Source: an uncultured virus (IMG/VR IMGVR_UViG_3300046386_000047)
Lineage: Duplodnaviria > Heunggongvirae > Uroviricota > Caudoviricetes
IMG/VR virus record: IMGVR_UViG_3300046386_000047
Direction: 5' to 3' (one strand)
Length of the DNA stretch: 64,000 nucleotides
Shown here: positions 38,825-47,959 of the stretch, in pieces
How positions within the stretch are numbered: the first letter of the stretch is position 1
Layout: each line of letters begins with the position of its first letter
Translations under genes and position numbers: made by a program
The notes under the pieces: generated by a model
Databases searched by the model: none
Told to the model about the DNA's origin: nothing
The model's input: the letters and a program-made list of their open reading frames with translations, nothing else

Positions 38825-38904
38825 GTGCTTCTCCTAAAAGCGGTTGGGGGTTTGTCTAAGATTTGACATCATACATGGGTTTTTTCGGCATGCAACTCCT
38901 TTCT

Positions 38905-39375
38905 TTAAAAATTTAACTTGTACAGCAGGTACACAAGGTGTGCTTCTTCGGCTGAGTCATAAAGACCTAAAGATACAGAGACGTGGTCGCGCTGAATTCT
39001 TGCTTGCCATTTGTTCACGTCTTTTCTGTAGCAAGCGCCTAGTAAGCCGGATCGGCTGTCTGCTCGCGCCTTACGCGCTGCTTGCAGGTTCTTTGTTCTG
39101 TCTAGCAAGCGCAAGTTACTGAGCCGGTTGTCGCTACCGTCCCCGTTGATATGGTCTACAAAAGACGCAGGCCAGCGTCCGTACTGGTAGAGCCATGCCA
39201 ATCGGTGCGCCGCATAGAGGCGGCGCTTTATGCTGATGTACACATGCCCTGACGGGTGTAGCGACCCTGCAACGGTTCCCGCAGGCACGCCTTTTGCTGG
39301 CGACACGCGCCAGACAAAAGTTCCCGAGTACGGGCGGTACAGCAGCAACGCACGCAGTTCCGGTTGTGTAATCAT
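38905..39375 (-). CDS. HNH homing endonuclease with an AP2-like C-terminus
   Basis: AHRLAW...VDHINGDGSDNRLSNLR; KWQARI...LGLYDSAEEA. Confidence 0.9.
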   Translation of the reverse strand: MITQPELRALLLYRPYSGTFVWRVSPAKGVPAGTVAGSLHPSGHVYISIKRRLYAAHRLAWLYQYGRWPASFVDHINGDGSDNRLSNLRLLDRTKNLQAARKARADSRSGLLGACYRKDVNKWQARIQRDHVSVSLGLYDSAEEAHLVYLLYKLNF

Positions 39376-40933
39376 TCGGTTTTTACCTCGCTTTTGAACA
39401 GGTCCGTAAGAAGCACGCTGTCGTTGACTTTCGTGTTCATTGCCTTGAACAGCTTCTTCTCGATAGGGCTTGATTCTATATGAACAACCGTGACTTTATC
39501 AGAGTCTTGCCCCTTACGGTCAGCACGCGCGATTGCTTGCATATACTGCTCGACGCTCATGAGCGGTCCGTAGAACACAACCGTGTCAGCTGCCGTTAAG
39601 GTGATCCCGTGTGCAGTGGCCGCAGGCTGCATGACCAGCACCTGAATGGCGTCGGTAGTTTGGAAGTCGTTGATGATGCGACCGCGCTTTGTGGCGTTCA
39701 CGTCGCCGTGAATCTGCTCAACGCCGTAACCCTTCTTGGTCAGGTACGTGACGATGGTGTCGATGCTGCTGCGAAACAGCGCGAAGATGATGACCTTGCG
39801 GTCGGTCTCTTCCAGCACTTCCTCCAGCACGCTCAAGCGAGGCGCTGCATCGAACTCCACAACTTCTTTGTCGTCGGTGTATGCCGCGCCGCAGGAAATC
39901 TGCAACAGCTTGTTGACTGCAACACCCGCGTTGACTGCGCTGATCGTCTCACCCGCCGCACGCACCATGAGCTGCTCTTTGAGCATCTTGTAGTATTTGT
40001 TCTGCTGCGAGGTCATCGGCACTTCACGCGTCACTGTGAGCACAGGCGGCAAGTCGAGGCACTGCGCTTTGGTGAAACGTATTGCAGGCTGCAAGGCGCT
40101 GAACACTGTGTCGCGTGCATCGGGCTTGGCTGCCCACTTGAACATGGTCAGCTTGTTCATCACCTTGTCGCGCCACGCCGTGAAGAACTTGGGCACGCCA
40201 CCGGGGTTCACCAGCTTGGCCAAGCCGTACGCATCCACAGGAGATTGCGAAGCCGGTGTGCCCGTCATCATCCACAGGTACGTCTCAGGCTTGATGATTG
40301 AGGCCAGCGCCTTCCAGCGCCGCGTGCTTGGGTTCTTGTACGCGTTGGCTTCGTCCACAATGACCAGATCGAATCGGCCGTCTGCATTGATCTCGTTGGC
40401 GATCAGATTCAGGCCGTCGTAGTTGGCGATGACGATCTCGTAGTTCTTCTGGATCATCTCGATGCGCCGCGCAGCTTGCGCATGGTGGGCCACCACAGCG
40501 GAGCGGTGGATGATGCTGCTGTTGATGTCACCCATCCACGCGCTGTGCATGATCGACAAGGGGCACAGGATCAACACACGCCGCACGTCACCGCGCTTGA
40601 TGAGATAGTCTGCTGCCCACAAGGCGCTCAGCGTCTTGCCCGTGCCGGGGTCGTTGAAACAGAATGCGCGGCGGTACAGCGTGAGGAAGCTGGCCGTCTC
40701 GATCTGGTGGTCCATGGGTTTGTATCGTCCGGGCCATTCGTAGCGACGTGTGATGGGGGAGGGCGCGTTCTTCACGCCGAGGTTGCGCAGCACACGCATC
40801 TCGTCCAGTCCCCAGTACACGGCCACTTCGTATGTGCCGTCTTGCTCAGAGAGCACTTTGTGTTTCGGGATGACGCTGTACTTGTGTGGGTTGCGTGTGC
40901 GCACCACCAGCGCCTTGTTGTCAATGATCTGCA

Positions 40934-40934
<1 letters not shown>
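39372..40934 (-). CDS. SNF2-like SF2 helicase
   Basis: PGTGKT, IVDEAN, MTGTP, HGITLTAAD, QAIARADRKGQ. Confidence 0.92.
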
Positions 40935-41317
<383 letters not shown>

Positions 41318-41326
41318 GTTGCTCTC

Positions 41327-41635
41327 CTATGTTGGTTTCCTGCACACGAACCGCGCACGGTCAGTGAGGTAGTGTGTTTCGAGTTGGCCCAATGACTTGA
41401 GCCGCTTGTAAGCGAGGACATAGAACTCGTCGCCTTCGATCTTCTCCATGTCCACCCATTCGTTTCCATAACGTGTTAGCCAGAGATCAATCAAGGTCTC
41501 TACTGACGTGTTGAACGCTTCACTTTGGAGGTCCTTCATGCTCACCGCATGCGTGTTTGTGTGACGCCGTTCGATTGTCGTGTTGCTTATCTCGTGCGCC
41601 TGTTGTGGGCCCGGCGGTGGCCAAGAGAGTGCCAT
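41327..41635 (-). CDS. Hypothetical protein, paralogue of 40934..41317
   Basis: Shared SEAF...LI..W...YG..W.D...FY..A..RL pattern. Confidence 0.75.
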   Translation of the reverse strand: MALSWPPPGPQQAHEISNTTIERRHTNTHAVSMKDLQSEAFNTSVETLIDLWLTRYGNEWVDMEKIEGDEFYVLAYKRLKSLGQLETHYLTDRARFVCRKPT

Positions 41636-41895
41636 TACTTGATCGAGTGGTCGCTCTTGCGAGCGTACGAACGATTGGCGCTGGCCGTTTTCACCGTGAG
41701 GTTCTTGCGCGTCGTGGTGCCGCCCTTGGACAGCGGCTTCTTGTGGTCCACGTCTTTGCCGTCGCCTTTGTGCACAACGCCTTCGGCTTCCAGCATGCGC
41801 CGCGCTTTGTTGCGTGCTGCACGCTTCTTCTTGGTTGACTCTTTGCTGTCGTACGCAGGGTATGCCGCGCGGTCTTCGGGGTTCTTGTAGGGCAT
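41635..41895 (-). CDS. Small HNH nuclease
   Basis: GDGKDVDHKKPLSKGG...NL...SANRS; start MPYKN with GGAG RBS. Confidence 0.85.
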   Translation of the reverse strand: MPYKNPEDRAAYPAYDSKESTKKKRAARNKARRMLEAEGVVHKGDGKDVDHKKPLSKGGTTTRKNLTVKTASANRSYARKSDHSIK

Positions 41896-41905
41896 TTCAG
41901 GCTCC

Positions 41906-42571
41906 TTAATGCTTGGGGTTGAACTCGCAGCCGGTGACTTGGCACCAGCCACACAGTGGCGTTTGGTTTGGATTCCACACGTCGTTTGCAAAGGCCGCTT
42001 CGAGTCGTGCTGTGCGCTCACGGTAGCGCCACCACGCTGCATCCTTCTGGTCACGCGTCATCTGCATCTTGACCATACTGTTTTTCACGATGAAGAGCAA
42101 GGCCGAGTTGACTTTGCGGATGTGCGGGAAGTACTCGAACACCATGCAGGACATGAGCACGAGCTGGTCACGGTCAGGGTACTTGTTGTTGCCCGTCTTG
42201 TAGTCACCAACCCACGCTGTCAGGTTGTCGTCGTCCACGATCAGGATGTCGGCAATGCCGCGCACCCACACGTCTTTGGCCTTCCAGTCGGTGGGCTTCA
42301 GGTCCACGGTCAGCGCCATCTCGAACTCAGCGAGCTTGCGCCCGGGTTTCTTGATGAGCGAGTCGGCCACGTCCTTGAACTGTGCGTGCTCGGGTGGGAT
42401 CGGTTTGCCGTCGCGGACATACAACTCAAGCGACTCGTGCACTTGGTTGCCGTAGCGGGTGGCCTCAGTCTCTTGGAAGGGGTACTTCTTCAAGACCTTG
42501 ACCTCGTGGTAGCGCCGTGCGCAGCCCTCAAAGTCTTTGAGGGAAGAGTGGGACCATGCTGGTTTTTTCAT
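41906..42571 (-). CDS. PD-(D/E)XK exonuclease (Cas4/RecB-like)
   Basis: WSHSSL..F..C, GIAD, DYKTG, QL, C-terminal CGWC...C. Confidence 0.88.
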   Translation of the reverse strand: MKKPAWSHSSLKDFEGCARRYHEVKVLKKYPFQETEATRYGNQVHESLELYVRDGKPIPPEHAQFKDVADSLIKKPGRKLAEFEMALTVDLKPTDWKAKDVWVRGIADILIVDDDNLTAWVGDYKTGNNKYPDRDQLVLMSCMVFEYFPHIRKVNSALLFIVKNSMVKMQMTRDQKDAAWWRYRERTARLEAAFANDVWNPNQTPLCGWCQVTGCEFNPKH

Positions 42572-42572
42572 G

Positions 42573-42875
42573 TCAGAACTTTGCAGAGTGAATGGCGTTG
42601 TTGAGGCGCTTGGAGAACTCGGTGACGAACGTCTCGTTGGCTTCGAGCTTACTGCCCATGTCGTGCAAGATGGCGTGCGTCAACTCGTGCCAGAAAGTCT
42701 CGCTGCGCTGGCGCTCGGAACGAGGAACGAGGCGGCCCCCCTTGCGCATGTAGTGCGCAACGCGGATGGCGTGTCCGTACGTCACGCTGCCTGCGCAGTC
42801 TGGGGGCAGCAAGCAAAATGGCTGCACCACGGGGTATCGCGTTTTGCCGACTTTGATTGTCGTTGGTAGTTGCAT
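42573..42875 (-). CDS. Small zincin-like protein
   Basis: ETFWHELTHAIL...NE.FV. Confidence 0.7.
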   Translation of the reverse strand: MQLPTTIKVGKTRYPVVQPFCLLPPDCAGSVTYGHAIRVAHYMRKGGRLVPRSERQRSETFWHELTHAILHDMGSKLEANETFVTEFSKRLNNAIHSAKF

Positions 42876-42890
42876 GGTTGCTCTCCTTGG

Positions 42891-45791
42891 TCAGTTTTTG
42901 GCCAACCCGTATCGACGGTGTGCGCCACCGTCAGCGGCCAGAGGAATCCCCGGCAAATACTTCGGCTCCATAGTCATTTGCGCCAAGACCCAAGTCTTAG
43001 CGAATTCAACCTCTTCGTCCGGCACAACAGAAATCAATTCGTCGTGCACTGTGCCCTTCACAGGGTAGCGCTTGTCCACGCGCAGCATGCCGTCAGTCAT
43101 CACAATGCGGGCTACGCCCTGCACGATGTTGTTCGTTATCTTACCAGCATACAGCTTCGTTGCGTCTTCGCCGTACACCCACTGCAAGCCACCATCTTTT
43201 TCGTTGCCGTCTTCGTCCTTGACCTTCTCCCTGACTTGTCGCAGGTTGGGGTACAGCAGACTCATGCCGTTGGGCAGCACGATTTCTTCCTTGCGGAAGG
43301 TGACGCACTTGTATGTGACTTCCTCGCCGCCGTGCAGTGAGCGCGAGATCAACGAGCCGCACATGTCCCAGAACGCAACGACAGGCCACGCAGTGGAGCG
43401 GTACTTGTCGATAATCATCTTGGCTGCCACGCAGTGCACCAACAACTCAGCGTCTGTGCAGGTGTGCGGAATCTCCGTCATCTTCTTGACGTTGTCGTCC
43501 CACTCAAGAAACTTCTGTATGTACGTCGCGGTAACGCCGAGCTTCTTTGCGAAGTCTTTGTCGTAGCGTTGAGGCGGCGCACCGAGGAAACCCACGAGTA
43601 GCTGGGCGGCGAATGAAGCCCAGCCCAGTCCGTACCCGCAGTTGTGCACAATGATCGGCCCGTACCATGTGAGCACAGTGTACCTATTTCTTGGCCCTGC
43701 GTAGGCGATGTCGTAGGTCTGCATTCTCTGCTTCAAGGGCGGCGATCCGCTGTCTGAGCGCTTCGACTTCTCGCGCAGTAATGCGTCGTTTGTTGGACAT
43801 GTTGACGCTACGGCTGACGAATCGCAGGTTGCCGGGCTCATACCCCCCGTTGTTATCGATTCGATCGAGCTGGAGTTCAGGTCGATCCCAGCCGCTAAGC
43901 CCGACGAGGTAACGAAGGAACTCAACGCGGTTCTCAACCCATCCTTGGTGAACGGTAATCCCGCGCCCACCGTAGTCTGGGTACACGGCACTATTCGGGT
44001 TTGTGCATCTGACGATGATGGCGCTAATGCGGTCCAGCAATCGGTCACGATGGCATCGATCAGGGCAGACCACGTAGTACCCTTTTTGTTCCCATCGAGT
44101 CTCGACAGCCTTTCTTTTAGCGCAGGCATTGCAGCGCTTAGTGCGCCCTGCAACAAGGTTGTAGCGGTCGACAAACCCTGACCACCCACAGGAACACTGC
44201 ATAACAGGATGGAATCCACCAGTTGCCTTGCGGCTCCAACGGAGACAGGTGAGCTCCCCAACGACAGCGCCGACTTCAAAAGGGAACGGTTTGCTAGGGC
44301 CGCGCTCCACTCCACCCACCCATGTTCCGTCAAGATTTCGTGGTCCGAGGTTGCGCTGATCCCCGCTGCTGTCAGCACTTCCTTTTCGCCTTGCGGCACT
44401 AGTCCTTGGTGACATACCCACTCCTCTCCATCCCAGACCGTATCCGTAGCCTGCACTCGTACTATAGGCACCCAGCCACGGTTTGTCAACACCGGCGTGT
44501 TCGGACCAAAGCAACCCAGTAGTGCCGACTTCGCCGACTGCCGGAGATCAGGGTGTGACTCTTTTGTAAGGCCCGGTATGTTGAACATCTGAGCGCCGAA
44601 CGCTGCGTAAGGATCACCGCCTTGCCGGAAGATGAGTAACATGTCCTCGTAATCAGCCAGCCACGCAAGAACTCGCGGTTCAATTTGTGACAGATCGCCG
44701 ACGACCAGTTGGTGCCCTTCGGGAGCCATAATAGCTTTGCGCAAGAACGACCCTCGCTTGAGGTTCTGCATGTTGATGGCACTGCCCTTTGATGCCGTCC
44801 ACCGGCCTGACTTAGCCCCATAGTAAGAGAGCGGGACAGGCAATCTTCCGCGCTTCGAGATGTCCAGAAACCGCTGCGCCCGCGTACGCTCAGTGGTCGA
44901 TTTAACTTTGAGGCGAGCCTCACACAAAGCGGCAACGTCTTCATTGTCCCCGTTGAGCATCGCTTGAAAAAGCGCGTCATTCTTTGCAAGTGCAAGCGTC
45001 TGCTTACCAGTCGTCTTGCTTTTCTTGTAGGGTGGGGGCATGCCGAGTCCGCGCAGGACTTCAGCGAACTGTTTGTTGGAGGCGAGTGACGATTCATCAA
45101 CGCCGATCTTTTGTAGGAGAGCTTCACGTTTTTCCTTTTCATCGTACAACGCGTCAGTGAGCATGCTCTGATCCAACTCCAGCACAGGGCGGGTGTACAT
45201 CTTGAGCGTCATGTCGATCAGGCGCAGTTCCTTGGTGGGGTACGGGCCGCCGCAGTTGCCCGTCACAGGGTCGAGCTGCATCATGAGCTTGCTGAAAATC
45301 TGCTCGCACAAATACACGTCATGCGTACAGTACGCGGCGAGCTCACGCTCAGTCTGCGGGTCCAGCTCAAGCATGCCGTTGGTGTCGTGCACCGCGCGGC
45401 CTTTGTCAGGCAGGCCGAAGGCTTGCGCCAGCTTCATCAACGAGTTGCCGACTTCAACTCCGCGCAAGGCCCGAGCCATAGAGAGGCTGTCAAAGATAAA
45501 ACACGGGTGCGCGTCATAGACCCACTCCATGATCGAGACGTCGAACTGCGCGTTGTGAGCGAGCACAGCGGTGCGGCTCCAGTCGATGCTGTCGAAGTAT
45601 GCTGGCAAGTCGTCGTGTCTGATCCAAGGTGCTTTGCCTTCTGATCCGAGTTCGTGGGCGCATGCGCCGAATGCTTTGAAACGTGGGTCACGAATATATT
45701 CTTCCGTAGTTAATTTCGAGAGTGTGTAATCGTTGCTGTTCCAGCGCGTCTCGAAGTCGAGCGCGATGATCTTGTCGTATGGGCGTGCCAT
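42891..45791 (-). CDS. polA: Family A DNA polymerase, intein-containing precursor
   Basis: Exonuclease motifs LDFET and AHNAQFD; motif A DLSQIEPR; motif B RQSAKSALLG/CGYG split by the intein; motif C TVHDE; start MARPYDK coupled to the upstream stop. Confidence 0.93.
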   Translation of the reverse strand: MARPYDKIIALDFETRWNSNDYTLSKLTTEEYIRDPRFKAFGACAHELGSEGKAPWIRHDDLPAYFDSIDWSRTAVLAHNAQFDVSIMEWVYDAHPCFIFDSLSMARALRGVEVGNSLMKLAQAFGLPDKGRAVHDTNGMLELDPQTERELAAYCTHDVYLCEQIFSKLMMQLDPVTGNCGGPYPTKELRLIDMTLKMYTRPVLELDQSMLTDALYDEKEKREALLQKIGVDESSLASNKQFAEVLRGLGMPPPYKKSKTTGKQTLALAKNDALFQAMLNGDNEDVAALCEARLKVKSTTERTRAQRFLDISKRGRLPVPLSYYGAKSGRWTASKGSAINMQNLKRGSFLRKAIMAPEGHQLVVGDLSQIEPRVLAWLADYEDMLLIFRQGGDPYAAFGAQMFNIPGLTKESHPDLRQSAKSALLGCFGPNTPVLTNRGWVPIVRVQATDTVWDGEEWVCHQGLVPQGEKEVLTAAGISATSDHEILTEHGWVEWSAALANRSLLKSALSLGSSPVSVGAARQLVDSILLCSVPVGGQGLSTATTLLQGALSAAMPALKERLSRLDGNKKGTTWSALIDAIVTDCWTALAPSSSDAQTRIVPCTQTTVGAGLPFTKDGLRTALSSFVTSSGLAAGIDLNSSSIESITTGGMSPATCDSSAVASTCPTNDALLREKSKRSDSGSPPLKQRMQTYDIAYAGPRNRYTVLTWYGPIIVHNCGYGLGWASFAAQLLVGFLGAPPQRYDKDFAKKLGVTATYIQKFLEWDDNVKKMTEIPHTCTDAELLVHCVAAKMIIDKYRSTAWPVVAFWDMCGSLISRSLHGGEEVTYKCVTFRKEEIVLPNGMSLLYPNLRQVREKVKDEDGNEKDGGLQWVYGEDATKLYAGKITNNIVQGVARIVMTDGMLRVDKRYPVKGTVHDELISVVPDEEVEFAKTWVLAQMTMEPKYLPGIPLAADGGAHRRYGLAKN
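43641..44513 (-). mobile_element. Intein (291 aa) in polymerase motif B
   Basis: Block A CFGPNTPVLTNRG, block B ATSDHEILT, block F TYDIAYAG, block G IIVHN followed by Cys+1; removal restores KSALLG-CGYGLG. Confidence 0.93.
43684..44415 (-). CDS. HNH-type homing endonuclease in an alternative frame inside the intein
   Basis: GELT...CSCG...NL..GRTKRC; RCTNPN..YPDYGGRGITV...W; LDRIDNNGGYEPGNLRF...N; GGAGAGGAG 5 nt before the ATG at 44415. Confidence 0.87.
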   Translation of the reverse strand: MSPRTSAARRKGSADSSGDQRNLGPRNLDGTWVGGVERGPSKPFPFEVGAVVGELTCLRWSRKATGGFHPVMQCSCGWSGFVDRYNLVAGRTKRCNACAKRKAVETRWEQKGYYVVCPDRCHRDRLLDRISAIIVRCTNPNSAVYPDYGGRGITVHQGWVENRVEFLRYLVGLSGWDRPELQLDRIDNNGGYEPGNLRFVSRSVNMSNKRRITAREVEALRQRIAALEAENADLRHRLRRAKK

Positions 45792-46078
45792 CAGTTGTAC
45801 ATCCCGTGTTCGGGAGCCTCTGCTTTGATCTCTGTGTTCAGGATGACGGCCGCTTCGCTGACCAGCCCGGCGACCTCGAACTCGTTGGCGTTGATGCCCA
45901 CCGAGATAAATTGCGCACCATCGGCAAGGAGCAGGGCACCGCGCCACTGTGCGTCTTCGCCGTAGCACTTGGTCAAGATCGTCAAAATGCTGGCGAAGTG
46001 TTCTTTCTGTTGAGTGCTCATGACGTCCGCCACCTTCTCGATGGCTGTCATGGCGTTGCGTGTGATTTCTTCGTTCAT
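45791..46078 (-). CDS. Hypothetical protein
   Basis: AAGGA RBS, coupled to neighbours. Confidence 0.75.
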   Translation of the reverse strand: MNEEITRNAMTAIEKVADVMSTQQKEHFASILTILTKCYGEDAQWRGALLLADGAQFISVGINANEFEVAGLVSEAAVILNTEIKAEAPEHGMYN

Positions 46079-46377
46079 GATTTTCCTTGCATGTACCGTA
46101 TCAACGGCATGAATGCGTCGAGGTTCTTTTCGTTGATGACCATGGCGATACCCCCGGCACTACCAATCTTGGCAATGTGCGCGTCTTGCAGCGCCGTCGT
46201 TGTGCCCCTGCCTGCCTTGGCTTCGATGGCCAAGAACTTGCCTGCAACACAGCACAGGAAGTCAGGCACACCGCTGTTGCCGTAGCCGGTGCCCATGGGC
46301 ATGGCGTAGTAGACGCCCTCGGCGTCCAGTATCTTTCTGATCTGCTTCTTAACAAGTGATTCAGGAGTTGCTGCCAT
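46075..46377 (-). CDS. VRR-NUC domain nuclease (resolvase-like)
   Basis: TPE..VK, GVPDFL, IEAKA, LQ motifs. Confidence 0.85.
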   Translation of the reverse strand: MAATPESLVKKQIRKILDAEGVYYAMPMGTGYGNSGVPDFLCCVAGKFLAIEAKAGRGTTTALQDAHIAKIGSAGGIAMVINEKNLDAFMPLIRYMQGKS

Positions 46378-46762
46378 TTTTTGCCTCCAACAGTGCGTCT
46401 GCCACCATTTTGCGGATGCTCGCGCCGCGCAGTGTAGTTGGTTTCGGCGGGGGTTCCTTGAGGCCGAAGAACTCGTCCATGTCAGCGCCCTTGAGGTGTT
46501 TGAACTCCTCCTCGTGCTCCAGCACCACGCCTGTCAAAGCCAAGAACCTGTACGCTGCGCGGTACTGGTACAGCTGGCCCATCTTATTCTTATCTTCGCG
46601 TGTGTTCACTTCGTTCTGGTGGTGCTGCGCCTTGTAGCGCCACATCTCGTTGGCTTCTTTCAGCGCGTGCAGTTCGCCTTCGAGCTCTTGTATCCGCAGC
46701 TCTCGGGGGTCCACACCAAACGCGCGTGTGCGCGGGTCTGCCTTCCACTGTGCTTTCTTCAT
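46361..46762 (-). CDS. Hypothetical coiled-coil protein
   Basis: GGAGAAGCAATC RBS. Confidence 0.7.
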   Translation of the reverse strand: MKKAQWKADPRTRAFGVDPRELRIQELEGELHALKEANEMWRYKAQHHQNEVNTREDKNKMGQLYQYRAAYRFLALTGVVLEHEEEFKHLKGADMDEFFGLKEPPPKPTTLRGASIRKMVADALLEAKNGSNS

Positions 46763-46794
46763 GATTGCTTCTCCGTAGTGTGTTGGTAAAAGGT

Positions 46795-46899
46795 CGGGGG
46801 TATGGGTAGATTCAGCGCCCCCGCCGCTGTGAGGAGTTGGTGAGATAGGTAACGCGAGCTGAGCGCCCTCTCACCAGACAAAACGTATTCGCATCTACC
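46795..46899. ncRNA. Candidate multi-stem structured RNA with a possible pseudoknot
   Basis: Intergenic; GGTAGAT/ATCTACC, TGGTGAGA/TCTCACCA, CAGCG/CGCTG, and a loop CCCCCG complementary to flanking CGGGGG. Confidence 0.45.
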
Positions 46900-46957
46900 G
46901 GGCTTGTACGCGTTGTGCAACCATGAACTCAGCTCTCGTGTGCGTGTGCTTGCTTGC

Positions 46958-47419
46958 TCATTTCAGACTCCTGCAAAATTTTTGTATGTGCCGCTTTGTG
47001 AGACGCAGCACCCCGGCATGCACCTTGCGGTGGCAGTTAGAACACAGCAGCACACATTTACCCGCTTCTCGCAAAAACGTGGAAAGCGTCGCACTTGCCG
47101 CAGGATTCCGCTCTTTCGTGTCGGCGTCAAGCTGGTGCATGTCCAACACCCAAGGCTCGCTCTCGCCACACACCGTACACCCCCGCGCCCGTTTCCACTC
47201 CGCAATTTCACGGCGTTTCTCGTCCATGCGCTCCTGCATCTGTGCATAGTTCGCTTTGGTGTATTCCCGCATGTACTGTGTGGCGTAGCCGGGGTGTTCA
47301 AGCCGCCATTGACGGCTCCTCTCAGCCACACACATCTTGCACTGCGACCGCAGACGTCCTCCGTTTACAGGAAACGCCTCAAGCAGTTTTTCCTTGCCGC
47401 ATTTGGTGCATTTTTTCAT
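46958..47419 (-). CDS. Zn-binding HNH endonuclease
   Basis: CTKC, CKMC, CTVC...LDMHQLD...KCVLLCSNCHRKVH. Confidence 0.8.
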   Translation of the reverse strand: MKKCTKCGKEKLLEAFPVNGGRLRSQCKMCVAERSRQWRLEHPGYATQYMREYTKANYAQMQERMDEKRREIAEWKRARGCTVCGESEPWVLDMHQLDADTKERNPAASATLSTFLREAGKCVLLCSNCHRKVHAGVLRLTKRHIQKFCRSLK

Positions 47420-47657
47420 CGAACTCTCTCAGTTTCATTGCGTAATGCTGCGCTTTGTTGGCGTCATCACTGCCCTGCTTTTTGCCTTGGCGCATGGCGT
47501 ACTTTATCACGTTTCCGCGTAAGAAACCACGAAACTCTTCAGGCGTGAGAACCGCCTCCATGACATGCCAAGGCTGCATGCCAAAGTCTTTGTAGTGTGT
47601 GCCGCCGACTTGAATGTCGTCTGCGCGTGTGTACGTGTCGTCGTCTCGAATAGTCAT
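47379..47657 (-). CDS. DUF3310-like protein
   Basis: QVGGTHY...GFLRGNVIKY..R.GKK...D..KA.HY. Confidence 0.8.
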   Translation of the reverse strand: MTIRDDDTYTRADDIQVGGTHYKDFGMQPWHVMEAVLTPEEFRGFLRGNVIKYAMRQGKKQGSDDANKAQHYAMKLREFDEKMHQMRQGKTA

Positions 47658-47677
47658 GTTGCTTCTCCTAAAGTTGT

Positions 47678-47959
47678 TTACCGTTGATCTAATGAACCTT
47701 GCCGTCCATCCCTCACGCGCTTGCGCAACGCTTCGGGGCGGGGGCAGTCTGCTGGCGGTACTACTACACACCAAATCGCCATCGGTGCATTACCGTTTTG
47801 GCGCAGCCACCTGTCGATGTACACGTCCGGCATTTCTTTCAAGCGCTTGCGAATGTTCTCCGGTTCGCGCTCAAGCCTGTTGGCCATGGTGCCTAAGTCA
47901 AGACCATCGGGGTGGGCTCTGAGAAGCTGTCGTATCGACTGTGTCGCGTTGGTCCTCAT
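47678..47959 (-). CDS. Hypothetical HTH-like protein
   Basis: IRQLLRAHPDGL...MPDVYIDRW...PPADCPRP. Confidence 0.7.
   Translation of the reverse strand: MRTNATQSIRQLLRAHPDGLDLGTMANRLEREPENIRKRLKEMPDVYIDRWLRQNGNAPMAIWCVVVPPADCPRPEALRKRVRDGRQGSLDQR

Noticed and set aside
41906..42571. Cas4-like gene as evidence of a CRISPR system
   Set aside because: No array or other cas genes; such nucleases are common in phage replication modules
44270..44290. CCCTTTT as a frameshift site fusing the intein N-terminus to the HNH
   Set aside because: The heptamer is not phased as X XXY YYZ in the polymerase frame, and an SD-ATG explains expression more simply; not fully excluded
43641..44513. Group I intron interpretation of the polymerase insertion
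   Set aside because: The insertion is in frame, stop-free and has complete intein blocks; no intron core was recognised
45792..45968. N-terminal extension of the polymerase ORF in the track
   Set aside because: Overlaps the upstream gene and looks non-coding; the ATG at 45791 is coupled to the upstream stop and directly precedes the exonuclease motif
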